DNA from: Candidatus Woesearchaeota archaeon
GTDB lineage: Archaea > Nanobdellota > Nanobdellia > Woesearchaeales > JAZDKJ01
Assembly (NCBI GenBank): GCA_043803105.1
Contig: JAZDKJ010000002.1
Coordinates: 82,554 to 146,553 of the forward strand
Length of the DNA stretch: 64,000 bases
Reading direction: 5' to 3'
The position numbers and the translations under genes were made by a program. Shown one piece after another: positions 1 through 10,404 of this stretch. The notes beneath the pieces were generated by a model. The model had not been told where the DNA came from, ran no database searches, and worked only from the letters and a program-made list of their open reading frames with translations. Every line of letters begins with the position of its first letter. Positions within the stretch are counted from its first letter, which is position 1.

Positions 1-3000
1 AACTACAGTTCACATAGAGCAGTCCGCCAATATTGTTTGATGTCACATTGAATTTTAGATTAATCGAGGTATTTATCTCTGCGACAGTTCCGTTTCCTGG
101 AGTCATCAATTTGATAGTTATGTTTGTGCCTTGTACCTCGCTTGCATTCAGGATTAGCGATCCTCCAGGCAGGTCGTCGCTGGAATTCAGTTTTATTGTT
201 GCATTTGTTGAGAGCACAGCAATCACGTCGAAGTAGCTTAAGCCTGCGCTTGTAGCCCAAAGTGTCAGGTTTAGTATTCTTTTTTGGTAAGCACTGAATT
301 GAACGTTGTTAAGCCTTGGGTATGAGCCGTTAATCCTGTAGCTCATTCCTGCTCCCCTGCTCACAACGCTTATATTGTATGTTCTCGTAAAGTTATCGCC
401 ATTTGTTACATTGATTAGTTTTGTGTTGTTTAAACCCACAGAGACTGCCAAATTGTTCCAGACAGTCGCGAACGTCAGTGTATAATTGACTCCGCCGCTT
501 GTAGTATAAGTTGAGAAGCCGTAGGTTACCGGAATCTTCCAGTATGAGTATTGCTCGCCGCCTATGGTTCCCGAATTGAGCTTGAGTGTATCGCTTGTTA
601 TGGTCTCGCAGTTCTCTCCTGAGTCATCACACTTTGTCAGGTCTTGTCCGTCTGCCGGCAGCCTGACTATTATGAACTCTGCGCCCAGCTTTTGAGCTAT
701 CTCAAGCCACAAGCCGTTTGCCATTCCCACAACATATTTGCCTGATGTGAAATTCGCAAGCATCGAGTCTGTAAGCTTCAGGCTTGTCGCAGTTGCAAGG
801 TCTGCATTCACAAATGTTATCTCCCAAAAGTTAGGTGTGCCGGGGATCGGTCCCTTAAAGGTGAGGTTCACATTGTTAGTGTAGTTGAAATTTATGAAAT
901 TGCCTTTGGTGAGTTTTTGGCTGTTTATGCTAACGTTCATGTTATCAACAAAATTGTTGCCTGTGTTTGAAAGGTTGAACATCAGTGTTACGTTTTGCTT
1001 TGAACCTCTTGTTGTGAAGTTCATGCATTTGCTTTGTCCGCAATTTGCAGGATCTGCCCTATCGCAATTCCTGATTTTGTAGAAATAGGTTGTGCTCTGA
1101 TAAAGATTAAAGCCAAGCCTGTTCTGGTAATTGTCAACCATCACATTGTGCCATGGCTTAAACTGCATTTCTGCCTGGAACCCTGGCTGGAATGGCTCCA
1201 TGATAGTGATGTAGTTCCCGCTGCAGGTCGAGCTTGTGTTGTAGAAGTATAGGCTTCCGTTTGTCGGCTCGTTAGTTGACCACATTACAAATGCTCCCAT
1301 GTCAAACTCCTGCACTGTGTTCATGCTGACTCTTGGAGCCTCTTTGTCCATCAACGGATTGTATTGCCCTTGGCACCATGGCGCAAAGCTGCAATCTGAG
1401 TCATTGCAATTGGCATTGCCGTCAAGGTCTTCGTCTCCTGGCCTCATGCAGTCTTCTATGGGCATGTATTTTCCCTCGCCCATTGTAGCGAATGCGGCAC
1501 CGCATTTTGTCGGCTCCTTAAAGCAGTCCACTGGATTGAAGTCCACGCTTCCTGGAGTGTAGTAAGCCTCAAGCTGGTCAAAAGCTTTGATTCTCGAAAA
1601 ATTGCTCCACCACGACCCGTTTACAGTCACAGCAATTACCCTGAGCGTGTCCTTGGGGTTGTTGATGTCAGACTTTTGTGTCATTACAACTGCAGGTGCA
1701 GCTTCAGTAAATGGTCCACCATCTTCCTCTGGCGGATTGCAGAGCATGTCGGGCATTGCTGACAGCCTCATTGCTGAGATAACCCATTGGTTCTGGGTCT
1801 CGTTTAAGCATTTGTATGCAGTATAAGTTATGCTGCCGTTAACGTACATTTTTATTATGAACTCAAGCCCGTTGTAGTTTGTCTGCCCAACCCTGATTTG
1901 GCATCCTGTATCGTTGCGCTGGTCAGTGTCAAGAGCAAATATCAGCCTTAGTGCGTTTGTGCCAGTAAGGTTGCATTGTTGACCAGTCAGCTTCAATGTG
2001 CTAACGTTGCGCAGCATTGCTCCAAAGAATATGGATTTTGCTCCATCTTTAACTCCCGTGCCGAGAATGTCTGCATATGTACGATCAGGTGGAGTATCAT
2101 ATGGCTGGTCTGTTCCGATCATTACAGGCGGGCCATTATCCATTCCCTGGAACATAAAGTCCTGCATTGCCTGGAAAGGGTCTTGTCCTGCAAACTGTCC
2201 TCCTCCGGTCAGAGTGTCAATGCCTCCCCCGCATTCAGAAACAGTATAGCACTCAGCTTTGTCCATGCAATCGATCAGTGCATCATTATCATTATCTATT
2301 CCGTCAAAACATATCTCATACGTGGAATTCTTGTTGCAGAGGTAATAAGACAGGCTCCAGTTCCAGCCATCGCTTTCACAGCTCTGCTTGCTTGTGCATC
2401 CATTCCAGTCCTGGGCTGTGCACGAGGGAACCTTGAATCCTTTTACTTCGCAGAATCCTTTGCCGCTAAATGGGTCAGTGAACCACTGGCAGCCACCATA
2501 ACCAGTACTGCCGCCATTTGCTTTGCTGTAGTTACATTGCAGGTCTGCAAAGCATGCATAGCAGTCGTTGCTGCAGTCTCCTCCTCCACCTCCTTCGAAT
2601 GGATTGAAGCTCTCAACGCAGATCTTCGGCGGGCTTCCTTTCGGGTTTGTGGTCCATTGGCATATTCCTGTTGCGCTTGTATTGCACGCAGTTTCGTTTT
2701 GGCATGAGAAACATGCATTGCTGCAATCATTGAACTGGGCAAAATCAGGTTCGCACCTGTGGAACTGTGTATTGTACTTGCATGCGAAATCATCAGTTCC
2801 GTTATTGCAATTTTGCTCGCTATTATCAAACTGGAAGCAGTTCATTCCTCCCTCTTTTGGCCCTGCTCCCATGAATGGGTCATTTCCTGCTCCTCCCCTG
2901 AGCATGTCATTCGGACCTCCTCCCTCGTTTGCATTGTTCTCAGTGAAGCTATTGGTCTCAAAGTTCATTCCTGTGATAGGTATGATTGTGCTCTTCTTGA

Positions 3001-4645
3001 CCGCAATTGTCATTGTTGAAGGCTGCGTGTTGCAGGTCGCCCCTGTTTTTGATATGTTCACATACACAGGTATGCTCTTATTGTAGGTAAAGCAGTAGCC
3101 GCTTCCCCCAAGACAAGTAGGCGCAACTGCATCATATTGCCACATCTCTCCAAATCCGTCAAGGTTTACTATGAATTGGTAATCAGATCCTGGGAAGCAG
3201 TTAGTGCATCCTGTTGACTGGTTGTTGTCTGCATCAAACTCGACAAATATTCTGAGGTTCTTGTTGCCTCCGCAGAATTTTGCATTACTTATGTCTGGTG
3301 CAAGTACCTGCCAATAGACAAAGTCTTGGTCCTGGTCAACCCATACACCTCCCATGTCATATGCAAGGCTTGCCCCCGGGCAGTTTTCTCCGGGCATTGT
3401 TCCCTGAACTACGTTTGGTGCAGCACCGTTGTAGCATCCTGGCCCGTTTGCTGCATAAGGTGGCTTGCTGAAGTCCATCATGGCCCAGTTGGGCTTTGCT
3501 GCCCCGCATGCATCCTCATAGCTATCCACAAGCCAGTCGCAGTCATTGTCTTTTCCATTGCCACAGTTATGCGCAACCAAGGGCTTTATTGCCGGATTTG
3601 TTTCATCGCAATCTTTTTTTCCGCAGCCGAATTTTCCAGAGCTGTTGAATCCATCTCCGTCAAGGTCTTCGCAATTCTTGTTCATGATGAATGTCCAGTT
3701 CTTGGTAATGTTTCCCAGAAGGGTGTTTGTTCCGTTAGTGCAGTTGACATTCCATTTGTATGCTCCGTTCCTTGGCGACACGCTGAACCTTTGTGTGCCA
3801 GGGGTTACATTTAGTGTTGCAGTTGCATTCCAAATGCCTGAGAAATTTGTTAATAGCGAGCAGTTGCTGTTTCTTGTGACCTGGTATGATAGGTTTACTA
3901 ATGCGCTTGTGAACTGTGTTCCTATGGGCGGCCCGTTTAGCTTCATAAAGAAAGGCTGCATGTCCTGCTGCCTGTTGAACGTCCAGTTCTCAGCTGACCA
4001 TATAGTCCATTTCGGGTTGAAGCATTTGATTTTCCACTTGTAGGTTCCTGGCGCAAGGTTTGCGGTCACTGTTATGTTGCGAAGGCCCGTCAGGTTAATG
4101 CCTGTCTCGTTCGCTCTCCATTCATTGCTGAAGTTTGTGTACAGTGTGCAGTTCCAGTTCATTGGCGTGGTTCTGAATTGGTTGAACTTGAAGACATAGG
4201 GCACTGATGGGCCTGATATATTCGCCTTGTCCGCTGGCTGCATCGGTTGGATTGGATTGTTGACATTTATTGTATAATTGTTTGTGGCGTTTATCCACCA
4301 GCTCTTGGTTCCATTGGTGGTGCAATTGACGTTCCACTTGTATGCTCCGAGCGGAAGGTCGAAACCCATCGGAATGACATAATTTCCTGCGCTGAGGTTC
4401 CCGCCTGCAGTTATGTTCTTTATTGTATCGTTTGTTCTCCAGCTCCCTGCGAAGTTTGACCACAAGGTGCAGTTGTTGAACCTCGTGCTCACATTAAAGC
4501 TTGCAGTGGCTAATCCCATGGGGTTTTTCGCATCATAGTTATCACTAGGGTATATTAGCTTGTCGACGACAGAATAGACGCAGATTGACAGAAGTATCAT
4601 AGCAGTTACGACTGCTAGTAACCAAAGTAGGCCTCTTTTTTGCAT
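1..4645 (-). CDS. Large secreted Cys-rich multidomain cell-surface glycoprotein (partial, runs off the window, >1500 aa)
   Basis: Absent from the ORF track, consistent with no stop in the window. Manual translation from ATG 4645 gives signal peptide MQKRGLLWLLAVVTAMILLSICVYS, three NC(T/S)LxxNF...YKWxxxC repeats, a MopE-like DLDGDG...DCD...CGNGKDNDCD motif, Cys-rich repeats, an FN3-like WSTNEP...YFYKI segment and many N-x-S/T sequons. Frame checked at 3667 and 1351. Confidence 0.85.
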   Translation of the reverse strand, partial: MQKRGLLWLLAVVTAMILLSICVYSVVDKLIYPSDNYDAKNPMGLATASFNVSTRFNNCTLWSNFAGSWRTNDTIKNITAGGNLSAGNYVIPMGFDLPLGAYKWNVNCTTNGTKSWWINATNNYTINVNNPIQPMQPADKANISGPSVPYVFKFNQFRTTPMNWNCTLYTNFSNEWRANETGINLTGLRNITVTANLAPGTYKWKIKCFNPKWTIWSAENWTFNRQQDMQPFFMKLNGPPIGTQFTSALVNLSYQVTRNSNCSLLTNFSGIWNATATLNVTPGTQRFSVSPRNGAYKWNVNCTNGTNTLLGNITKNWTFIMNKNCEDLDGDGFNSSGKFGCGKKDCDETNPAIKPLVAHNCGNGKDNDCDWLVDSYEDACGAAKPNWAMMDFSKPPYAANGPGCYNGAAPNVVQGTMPGENCPGASLAYDMGGVWVDQDQDFVYWQVLAPDISNAKFCGGNKNLRIFVEFDADNNQSTGCTNCFPGSDYQFIVNLDGFGEMWQYDAVAPTCLGGSGYCFTYNKSIPVYVNISKTGATCNTQPSTMTIAVKKSTIIPITGMNFETNSFTENNANEGGGPNDMLRGGAGNDPFMGAGPKEGGMNCFQFDNSEQNCNNGTDDFACKYNTQFHRCEPDFAQFNDCSNACFSCQNETACNTSATGICQWTTNPKGSPPKICVESFNPFEGGGGGDCSNDCYACFADLQCNYSKANGGSTGYGGCQWFTDPFSGKGFCEVKGFKVPSCTAQDWNGCTSKQSCESDGWNWSLSYYLCNKNSTYEICFDGIDNDNDALIDCMDKAECYTVSECGGGIDTLTGGGQFAGQDPFQAMQDFMFQGMDNGPPVMIGTDQPYDTPPDRTYADILGTGVKDGAKSIFFGAMLRNVSTLKLTGQQCNLTGTNALRLIFALDTDQRNDTGCQIRVGQTNYNGLEFIIKMYVNGSITYTAYKCLNETQNQWVISAMRLSAMPDMLCNPPEEDGGPFTEAAPAVVMTQKSDINNPKDTLRVIAVTVNGSWWSNFSRIKAFDQLEAYYTPGSVDFNPVDCFKEPTKCGAAFATMGEGKYMPIEDCMRPGDEDLDGNANCNDSDCSFAPWCQGQYNPLMDKEAPRVSMNTVQEFDMGAFVMWSTNEPTNGSLYFYNTSSTCSGNYITIMEPFQPGFQAEMQFKPWHNVMVDNYQNRLGFNLYQSTTYFYKIRNCDRADPANCGQSKCMNFTTRGSKQNVTLMFNLSNTGNNFVDNMNVSINSQKLTKGNFINFNYTNNVNLTFKGPIPGTPNFWEITFVNADLATATSLKLTDSMLANFTSGKYVVGMANGLWLEIAQKLGAEFIIVRLPADGQDLTKCDDSGENCETITSDTLKLNSGTIGGEQYSYWKIPVTYGFSTYTTSGGVNYTLTFATVWNNLAVSVGLNNTKLINVTNGDNFTRTYNISVVSRGAGMSYRINGSYPRLNNVQFSAYQKRILNLTLWATSAGLSYFDVIAVLSTNATIKLNSSDDLPGGSLILNASEVQGTNITIKLMTPGNGTVAEINTSINLKFNVTSNNIGGLLYVNCS

Positions 4646-4789
4646 TAAAACACCCCAGTGTTATCTGTTTTCATAAAAACCTCCAGTATATATTATTTAA
4701 ATGTTTCCATTTGAGTATCTATTTTGCATCAGTTATATTGCTATGTGGATATTTGGCTCTTGCTGTTATTCTGTCCATATAAATGAGAA

Positions 4790-5350
4790 TTAGAGGAGTT
4801 CTTCCGCCAAAATCCTCTCGAGCAATTCAATCCTTTTCTTGTTTGTTGCAAGCTTTCTGTTTGCTTCTTCCACTAACAGTTTCACATATTCTTTTGCTGC
4901 TATGACTTTTCCATTTGTTGCAAACAGTGTCTCCATTGCCTCAGTTCCCACGAGTTCTGCAATTATTCGTGTCTTTACTGATATTATTCCTGAGTGCTTG
5001 AGTCCTGCCTTTCGTGCGCAATCAAGCAGCCTGTCAGCTGACTCAAGGTCTTTGCAGCAGACGTGCAGGATTACTGATTCTTGTTTGAACCACACAGGGT
5101 TTTTTCCAATCTTTGAGAGGCATTCCACTACCTCCTCTGCTTTCGCTTTTGAGTGACTCGAGAAGATAAAGCGATTGTCGCACTTTCTCCTTTGCTTTTC
5201 CAGTACAACTATTCTTCCTGCGCACGAGCTTGTGGTGTAATAGTTAGGATGCTTGTTCAGTTGGTCTACCAGCGTGAGGATTTCTTTGTCTATTTCACCT
5301 TTCCTGCTTCTGTCTTTCCTTGGCAATGGTTTTTGGAACATACTAGTCAA
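4790..5350 (-). CDS. taw3: tRNA wybutosine-synthesis methyltransferase Taw3/TYW3
   Basis: YTTSSCAGRI and ILHVCC motifs; ATG 5341 is an alternative start. Confidence 0.9.
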   Translation of the reverse strand: MTSMFQKPLPRKDRSRKGEIDKEILTLVDQLNKHPNYYTTSSCAGRIVVLEKQRRKCDNRFIFSSHSKAKAEEVVECLSKIGKNPVWFKQESVILHVCCKDLESADRLLDCARKAGLKHSGIISVKTRIIAELVGTEAMETLFATNGKVIAAKEYVKLLVEEANRKLATNKKRIELLERILAEELL

Positions 5351-5374
5351 AGATTCAAGAAATACTATAAAAAA

Positions 5375-6175
5375 CTATTTTTCAACCAGCTGCTTCATCT
5401 TGCTTACAAAGTCTTCCGCATCCTTGAGGTGCTTCTCGTACTGCGTGCCAGTCACCTCTTGTATTTCCCTGTGCATGATTTTTCTTGAGATTCCATAGAA
5501 GTTTTTCATTATGTGAGCATACCTTGCCTCGATTATTCCTGGCTTTACCAGTTTGTCTTCTATCATATCTGCCACGTGCGCAGGGCTTGGGGGAATTTCT
5601 CCGTGCTTCATCAGTGCAGCATGCGCAGCGTCGATAACCGCCCAGTAAAGGTCAACCGTTGCCTGCATTATGTGCATCTTGGAGTTTTGCACTGTGGTTG
5701 GCGCCCTCATGAGGTATGTATATATTGATTCGTATGTCGGCCTGATTTTCCCGTCGTACAGGAGCGCCTGTATCGGGTCAAAGAATCCAGTGTCCAGGAG
5801 CGCAACTCCGTCGCGCAGTATGTTTATCGCTATAGGGTCTCCCTTCCTTACAAGGTCCCAGAAGTTGGTGAACTTTAGTGTAGTGAGGTGTATTCTCCTG
5901 TTTGTCTCTCCTACCAGGCGCTGCATTATTATCCTGTACGCCTCGACTGCCTCCGGGCTTAGTTCAATTGTGAGGTCATTTACCACTACCATTATGTCTA
6001 TGTCCATCCTTGAGGTGGTGTTCTTTCTTGCCGCGCTTCCGAACAATACCACAGCCTTGCAGAATGTGCCGAATTCTTTGTATGCTTTCTTTGCAAACTC
6101 TCTTGCTGTGTCTAGGTCTTCCTGAGAATACTTCCTCACATGAGGATTCGCTTTCTGGTTTATCTTGAATTCCAT
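5375..6175 (-). CDS. Minimal nucleotidyltransferase fused to a HEPN-like domain
   Basis: VLFGSAAR...DIDIMVV (Pol-beta NTase) followed by LYWAVIDAAHAALMKHG..PPSPAH (HEPN-type helical motif). Confidence 0.8.
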   Translation of the reverse strand: MEFKINQKANPHVRKYSQEDLDTAREFAKKAYKEFGTFCKAVVLFGSAARKNTTSRMDIDIMVVVNDLTIELSPEAVEAYRIIMQRLVGETNRRIHLTTLKFTNFWDLVRKGDPIAINILRDGVALLDTGFFDPIQALLYDGKIRPTYESIYTYLMRAPTTVQNSKMHIMQATVDLYWAVIDAAHAALMKHGEIPPSPAHVADMIEDKLVKPGIIEARYAHIMKNFYGISRKIMHREIQEVTGTQYEKHLKDAEDFVSKMKQLVEK

Positions 6176-6239
6176 CCCCGCACTGATGCTCAGATTACCA
6201 TATATTAACTTTTTTGACTATTTTGTAATGGCTACAAGT

Positions 6240-6773
6240 CTAGAATTCGTTCCTTGAGAATATGCTCACAGGGGTGCTGTGTGCAATAAAGCTCATGTCA
6301 TGTTTGAACATTGTGGGATGGTAATGTGGGCCATAGACTATGAGCTTGCCATTCAGCTCATTTGCAAGCTTTAGTTCAAGTTTGTGGTTTAGGCTATCAG
6401 GGTAATAGAAGATTATGTCGTAGTTTTTCAGGTTGTGCTCATGATAATCGCCATTCAAGAGGTTTGCCTTTATCTTCAGCCGCTTCTTTATCTCTTGTGC
6501 CTTGTCATGCAGCTCCTTGTCTATCTCTATGCCTGTTGCACTGGTAAAGAGCGATGCCACCATTACTGCCTTTCCGTCGCCACTGCCTATGTCTATGAAC
6601 CTCTTGTAATTTTGTAGCCTCAGCCTTTGAAAGAGTGTGTATAGGTCGTCAGCCACTGACATTGACCAATACCCAACCCCTGTGTCCTTTAAGGGCAGCC
6701 TTCCCCTGCTCAAGAGCTGGTTGTAGAACTTGTCATACTCGCTTTTGATGGAGAGAAACTTGGCTAGGTTCAT
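6240..6773 (-). CDS. Class I SAM-dependent methyltransferase
   Basis: FIDIGSGDGK and TGIEID motifs. Confidence 0.8.
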   Translation of the reverse strand: MNLAKFLSIKSEYDKFYNQLLSRGRLPLKDTGVGYWSMSVADDLYTLFQRLRLQNYKRFIDIGSGDGKAVMVASLFTSATGIEIDKELHDKAQEIKKRLKIKANLLNGDYHEHNLKNYDIIFYYPDSLNHKLELKLANELNGKLIVYGPHYHPTMFKHDMSFIAHSTPVSIFSRNEF

Positions 6774-6810
6774 CGGTTGTTTGTACCAAGCGCACTATAT
6801 AAAATTTGCG

Positions 6811-7338
6811 TTAGATGCTTACCATGTCATAGCGTATCTTGTTATCAGAACTGTTCGCAAGCTTCCATACATCAAACAATGATTTCTTCATTGGGTTGAC
6901 ATAGACCTCAATCCCTAACTGGTTCCTTATCTTTGCTGCTCGAAGTATCTCGTTGATAGTCTCATCGTCAAATTTAGGGTGAAAAAAATCTTGGTCCTCT
7001 GTTGCCTTTGGTGCATCGTAGATGAAATATGTGTTTGACGAATAGTCATTCTCCTTTATTGTGCTCTTGTAGTTGAAAAGTGCTTCATAATCCACAGCCC
7101 TTGCTTCTGATGCCTCGTAGGCAGCCCTTTCTTCAAGGCTGATCTCATCTTGTAGAGACTCTTCAAGCTTGTCTTCCAGGTCGTCAGAATCAATGACCAG
7201 GCTTATCTTGTCACCAACAATGACAAAGCTTATTGGATTCTCTTTCTTCTTTGGGCTAATTCCAAGCATTAACGGCAAGAGTTCGTTTATCGTGCTTGTT
7301 CTTGTCGAGGCTCCCATGTTGGATATTGTATCCAACAT
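6811..7338 (-). CDS. Hypothetical acidic protein
   Basis: 175 aa ORF filling the gap with an upstream TATA-like element; no motif recognised. Confidence 0.6.
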   Translation of the reverse strand: MLDTISNMGASTRTSTINELLPLMLGISPKKKENPISFVIVGDKISLVIDSDDLEDKLEESLQDEISLEERAAYEASEARAVDYEALFNYKSTIKENDYSSNTYFIYDAPKATEDQDFFHPKFDDETINEILRAAKIRNQLGIEVYVNPMKKSLFDVWKLANSSDNKIRYDMVSI

Positions 7339-7403
7339 AGCTTATTTATATAGTTTTGCATAAGCAGTTAGCTTTAAATCTCAACGCGCATTTTCTTAAT
7401 ACC

Positions 7404-8309
7404 ATGCGAACCTTGACATGTCCTCTGCTTTCCAAGCTTGACGAAGCTAGCTACCTCAATCTGATAACGCATGTATTTGCCTCTGGCAAAGGTGCTGAGC
7501 GCTTGTTTATTCTTGGCTCAAACGGTGAGTTCGACAGTCTGTCAATGCCAGAGAAAAAATTTCTCGTTGATATTGCTGCATATGAAGTCAGGAAGTTAAA
7601 GGCAAAACTTGGTCCTATTATTCCAGAGCTCGCAGTAGGCATAACGTCAGAGAGCCTTGACGAGACCATCGAGCTCGCACAATACGCAGAGCGATTGGGA
7701 GCTGATTATATCGTGTTAATGCCTTTGTATGTGCTGCAGAATGACCCATTCTGCCACGGCCAGAGTGCAGTGCAGGTAGCAGATACCTGCCTGCGATATA
7801 CTAGGTCTATTCCTTTGATATTGTACAATAATGCTGAAAAGGCAGGAAGAAATCTTGACCCAAGCGAAGTCGCTAAGCTTGGCTCAAACCGTAGGGTTGT
7901 GGCCTGCAAGGACAGTTCAGGTGATCCTCAATTGACCGACAAGCTTGCAGAAGCTTTGGGGCCAAAGGTAGAAATGCTCGTTGGGGACGAGGTCAAAGGT
8001 TTAAGTGAGCCACACGACGGAATTGTCGCAGGCTCTTCAAATGTGCTGCCTGTGGCATGGCAGATCGCAACCAAGCGAGAAATACATGACTCAAAAATGG
8101 CATACATCGCCGGACACCTTGCTGATTTTCCGCAGGTCTACAGGGATAATCCTATAGGTGCATTTCATTACTTGCTCTTCAGGATGGGTGTTTTTGAATC
8201 CCCAGAACCTATTAATCCAGGCCTAAAGGTTAATATTGCTCAGACGCAGCGCCTTGACAAGCTATTGCGGGAAACGGATTTCAAAGACTTGTATTCTTTG
8301 AATCATTAG
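7404..8309 (+). CDS. Dihydrodipicolinate synthase / N-acetylneuraminate lyase family aldolase
   Basis: LGSNGEF, ILYN and Schiff-base KDSSGD; start moved to ATG 7404 after TTTAAAT at 7373. Confidence 0.8.
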   Translation: MRTLTCPLLSKLDEASYLNLITHVFASGKGAERLFILGSNGEFDSLSMPEKKFLVDIAAYEVRKLKAKLGPIIPELAVGITSESLDETIELAQYAERLGADYIVLMPLYVLQNDPFCHGQSAVQVADTCLRYTRSIPLILYNNAEKAGRNLDPSEVAKLGSNRRVVACKDSSGDPQLTDKLAEALGPKVEMLVGDEVKGLSEPHDGIVAGSSNVLPVAWQIATKREIHDSKMAYIAGHLADFPQVYRDNPIGAFHYLLFRMGVFESPEPINPGLKVNIAQTQRLDKLLRETDFKDLYSLNH

Positions 8310-8310
8310 C

Positions 8311-10404
8311 CTATTCCATCGGCACTTCACTCCAGAGCACCCATTCATTGCTCGGTGAGTAAGCACCAAAAATGTAGAACGGTGGGTTAGTCACTCCATA
8401 CCACCTGTCTTCCATACCGTGCCATTGTCTCGGCCCGAAACGTCCTGAGAATGTTGAATAGACAGGGCTTCCGAGGAGTGACCATGGCTCTGTGAGTATC
8501 CTACCCTCCTCAAACCTGTCCTCTCCCCAGCCCTCAGACACTATTGTGCCTGCATAGCCTTTTTTCTTGAGATAGGTAAGCACATCCTTTAGCGGGAGGT
8601 CTCCTTGTCCTGCTGGCAAGTGGTCATGCCCAAAGGAGAGCGAGTCCACAAGGTGTATGTGCCCGATTATTTTCTTGGCTTCAAGCTCTTTTACCTCTTC
8701 CATGTACCAGTCCCTGAACCTCTTGTCTGTGTCCTGCTTTGTCTCTCCAGGTTTTGGCACAAAGTGGGCCCTCCACATTCCAAGGTGCTGTGTGTCTAGT
8801 GTCGCCTTGATGTGGTCTTCTGCCTCTTTTGCTGCCTGCTCTTTTGTCATCCCTGATACATAGTTTGGGTTGGACACTTTTGTTAGCTTGAAATCCTTGT
8901 CAAACCTTCTTTGAGGATCGTCTATCATTGGTTGTGTGAGCGCCTTGATCATCTCTTCCCTTGCCTTTGATACCAATTCCTTGAGTTCTTCAGGGTGTGA
9001 GCCGTATCCCATTTCCGGGAATATGTTTTCCGGCGCCACAAAAAGCGGTTTTTTTACATGCTGGTTTGTTGTGGTCTGCTGCATTGCGTGTATTCCTGCC
9101 TCTGCGTAAGATTTGAATGTCTGCTCTTTTGCGTATTCGCTCACTGGCTTGACATGGTCGAGTGTGTCCTGTATTGTGTCTGCCTGCGCGTCTGCTGCTG
9201 CGCTTGCCTCATGGGTATACTGCAGCCCTTGTTCTATCTGTCGCAGGTCCTCTTTGATGATTTCAGTAGGCAACCTACTGGTAGGCAGCACAAATTTTGC
9301 CGAGCTTCCGTAAATTCTCGGCGCATCCTGTTGCATTATTTTCCATACCTCCTCTTTGGGCATCTCCTTTTCGAGCTTCTCATAGATTTTTAATGCCTGC
9401 CTTAATGCCTCGGCAGACCGTCTCTGCTCCTCATATTGCCTGCCGTGATAGAGCGATGAGCCCCTGTACTGAAGCATCTGCGTTTGCATCTGTATCTTGA
9501 ATGCCATCTCCTCTGCGGTGATCTGCTTGTTTAGGTTCTTCTCGTTTTCCCATTTGGTTCGCTCTTCGATTTCTGTCCAGCCCAGCTTTTGCGTCTTGAA
9601 TCTTGATTCCTTTGGGTCCCAGATTGCCACTCTCTTGAATAGGTCGTTTGGGTTTATTGGGTCAAGATAATGCCCCTCGCCATCTATCCAATCTCCTTTG
9701 TGAATCTTCACTTTGTTTCCACGAAGGTCTTCTCCTTCGTGTTCATGGTCTGCTGACTTGTACTCAGGCTCCCTTATCACTTGGCTTTTTCGCACGTCAG
9801 AGATTATCCTTCCTGTTCTGTCGTCCACCATGTATGTTATGGCCCTTCCCGGTTCTTCCTGGTAGCCCAGGAATCTGTAACTGCCATCAGGCTCTTTTGC
9901 CCATTTCTGTTCTGATATTGGCCTTTGGAATTCTCCTGTGTGCAGCACTACCGCTCCCCCCTGCGCAACGTCTGCTGCAAAGTCTATTGCTTTCTTTATC
10001 TCTTCGACTGATGTTTTTCTCTGCTCGTCAGAAAATCCGTGTTGCGGATTAAAGCCCGAGAGATTGCCTATCTGGACAGGCGAGTGCACGCTTGTGAACT
10101 CAACCCCAGCTGCCTCCTTCATCTCGCGTAGCGCCTCTCTCGCTTCCCTTCCATAGCTGCCTGCACCTACCGCTTCTGCGCCCCCACCCATGCTTGTTGC
10201 AAGCTCAATTTTTCCAGCGCCAGCCCTTATTGCTGCTGTGGTGCTCTGTATCAGATGTCCTAGCCTTCCTCCCTCGCCCACTGTCTGCCCCAGCGCTGAG
10301 GTAGGCATTATCGGTTCTATCGGCTTTTCAATGTCAACAATCTCGTCTGCCAGTTTGCCGTAGCCAGAAAGGTATGGGTGCGCGTACATATTGTTGAACA
10401 TCAT
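8311..10404 (-). CDS. Xylose isomerase-like / AP endonuclease 2 TIM-barrel protein with a large insertion
   Basis: VH, VLHTGE, PEN, LDTQH, GHIHLVD, DHLPAGQG and VSEG metal motifs; ATGA overlap with the upstream stop. Confidence 0.8.
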   Translation of the reverse strand: MMFNNMYAHPYLSGYGKLADEIVDIEKPIEPIMPTSALGQTVGEGGRLGHLIQSTTAAIRAGAGKIELATSMGGGAEAVGAGSYGREAREALREMKEAAGVEFTSVHSPVQIGNLSGFNPQHGFSDEQRKTSVEEIKKAIDFAADVAQGGAVVLHTGEFQRPISEQKWAKEPDGSYRFLGYQEEPGRAITYMVDDRTGRIISDVRKSQVIREPEYKSADHEHEGEDLRGNKVKIHKGDWIDGEGHYLDPINPNDLFKRVAIWDPKESRFKTQKLGWTEIEERTKWENEKNLNKQITAEEMAFKIQMQTQMLQYRGSSLYHGRQYEEQRRSAEALRQALKIYEKLEKEMPKEEVWKIMQQDAPRIYGSSAKFVLPTSRLPTEIIKEDLRQIEQGLQYTHEASAAADAQADTIQDTLDHVKPVSEYAKEQTFKSYAEAGIHAMQQTTTNQHVKKPLFVAPENIFPEMGYGSHPEELKELVSKAREEMIKALTQPMIDDPQRRFDKDFKLTKVSNPNYVSGMTKEQAAKEAEDHIKATLDTQHLGMWRAHFVPKPGETKQDTDKRFRDWYMEEVKELEAKKIIGHIHLVDSLSFGHDHLPAGQGDLPLKDVLTYLKKKGYAGTIVSEGWGEDRFEEGRILTEPWSLLGSPVYSTFSGRFGPRQWHGMEDRWYGVTNPPFYIFGAYSPSNEWVLWSEVPME

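Noticed and set aside
33-4463. Many short ORFs on both strands in the first 4.5 kb
   Set aside because: Shadows of the single long minus-strand surface-protein frame
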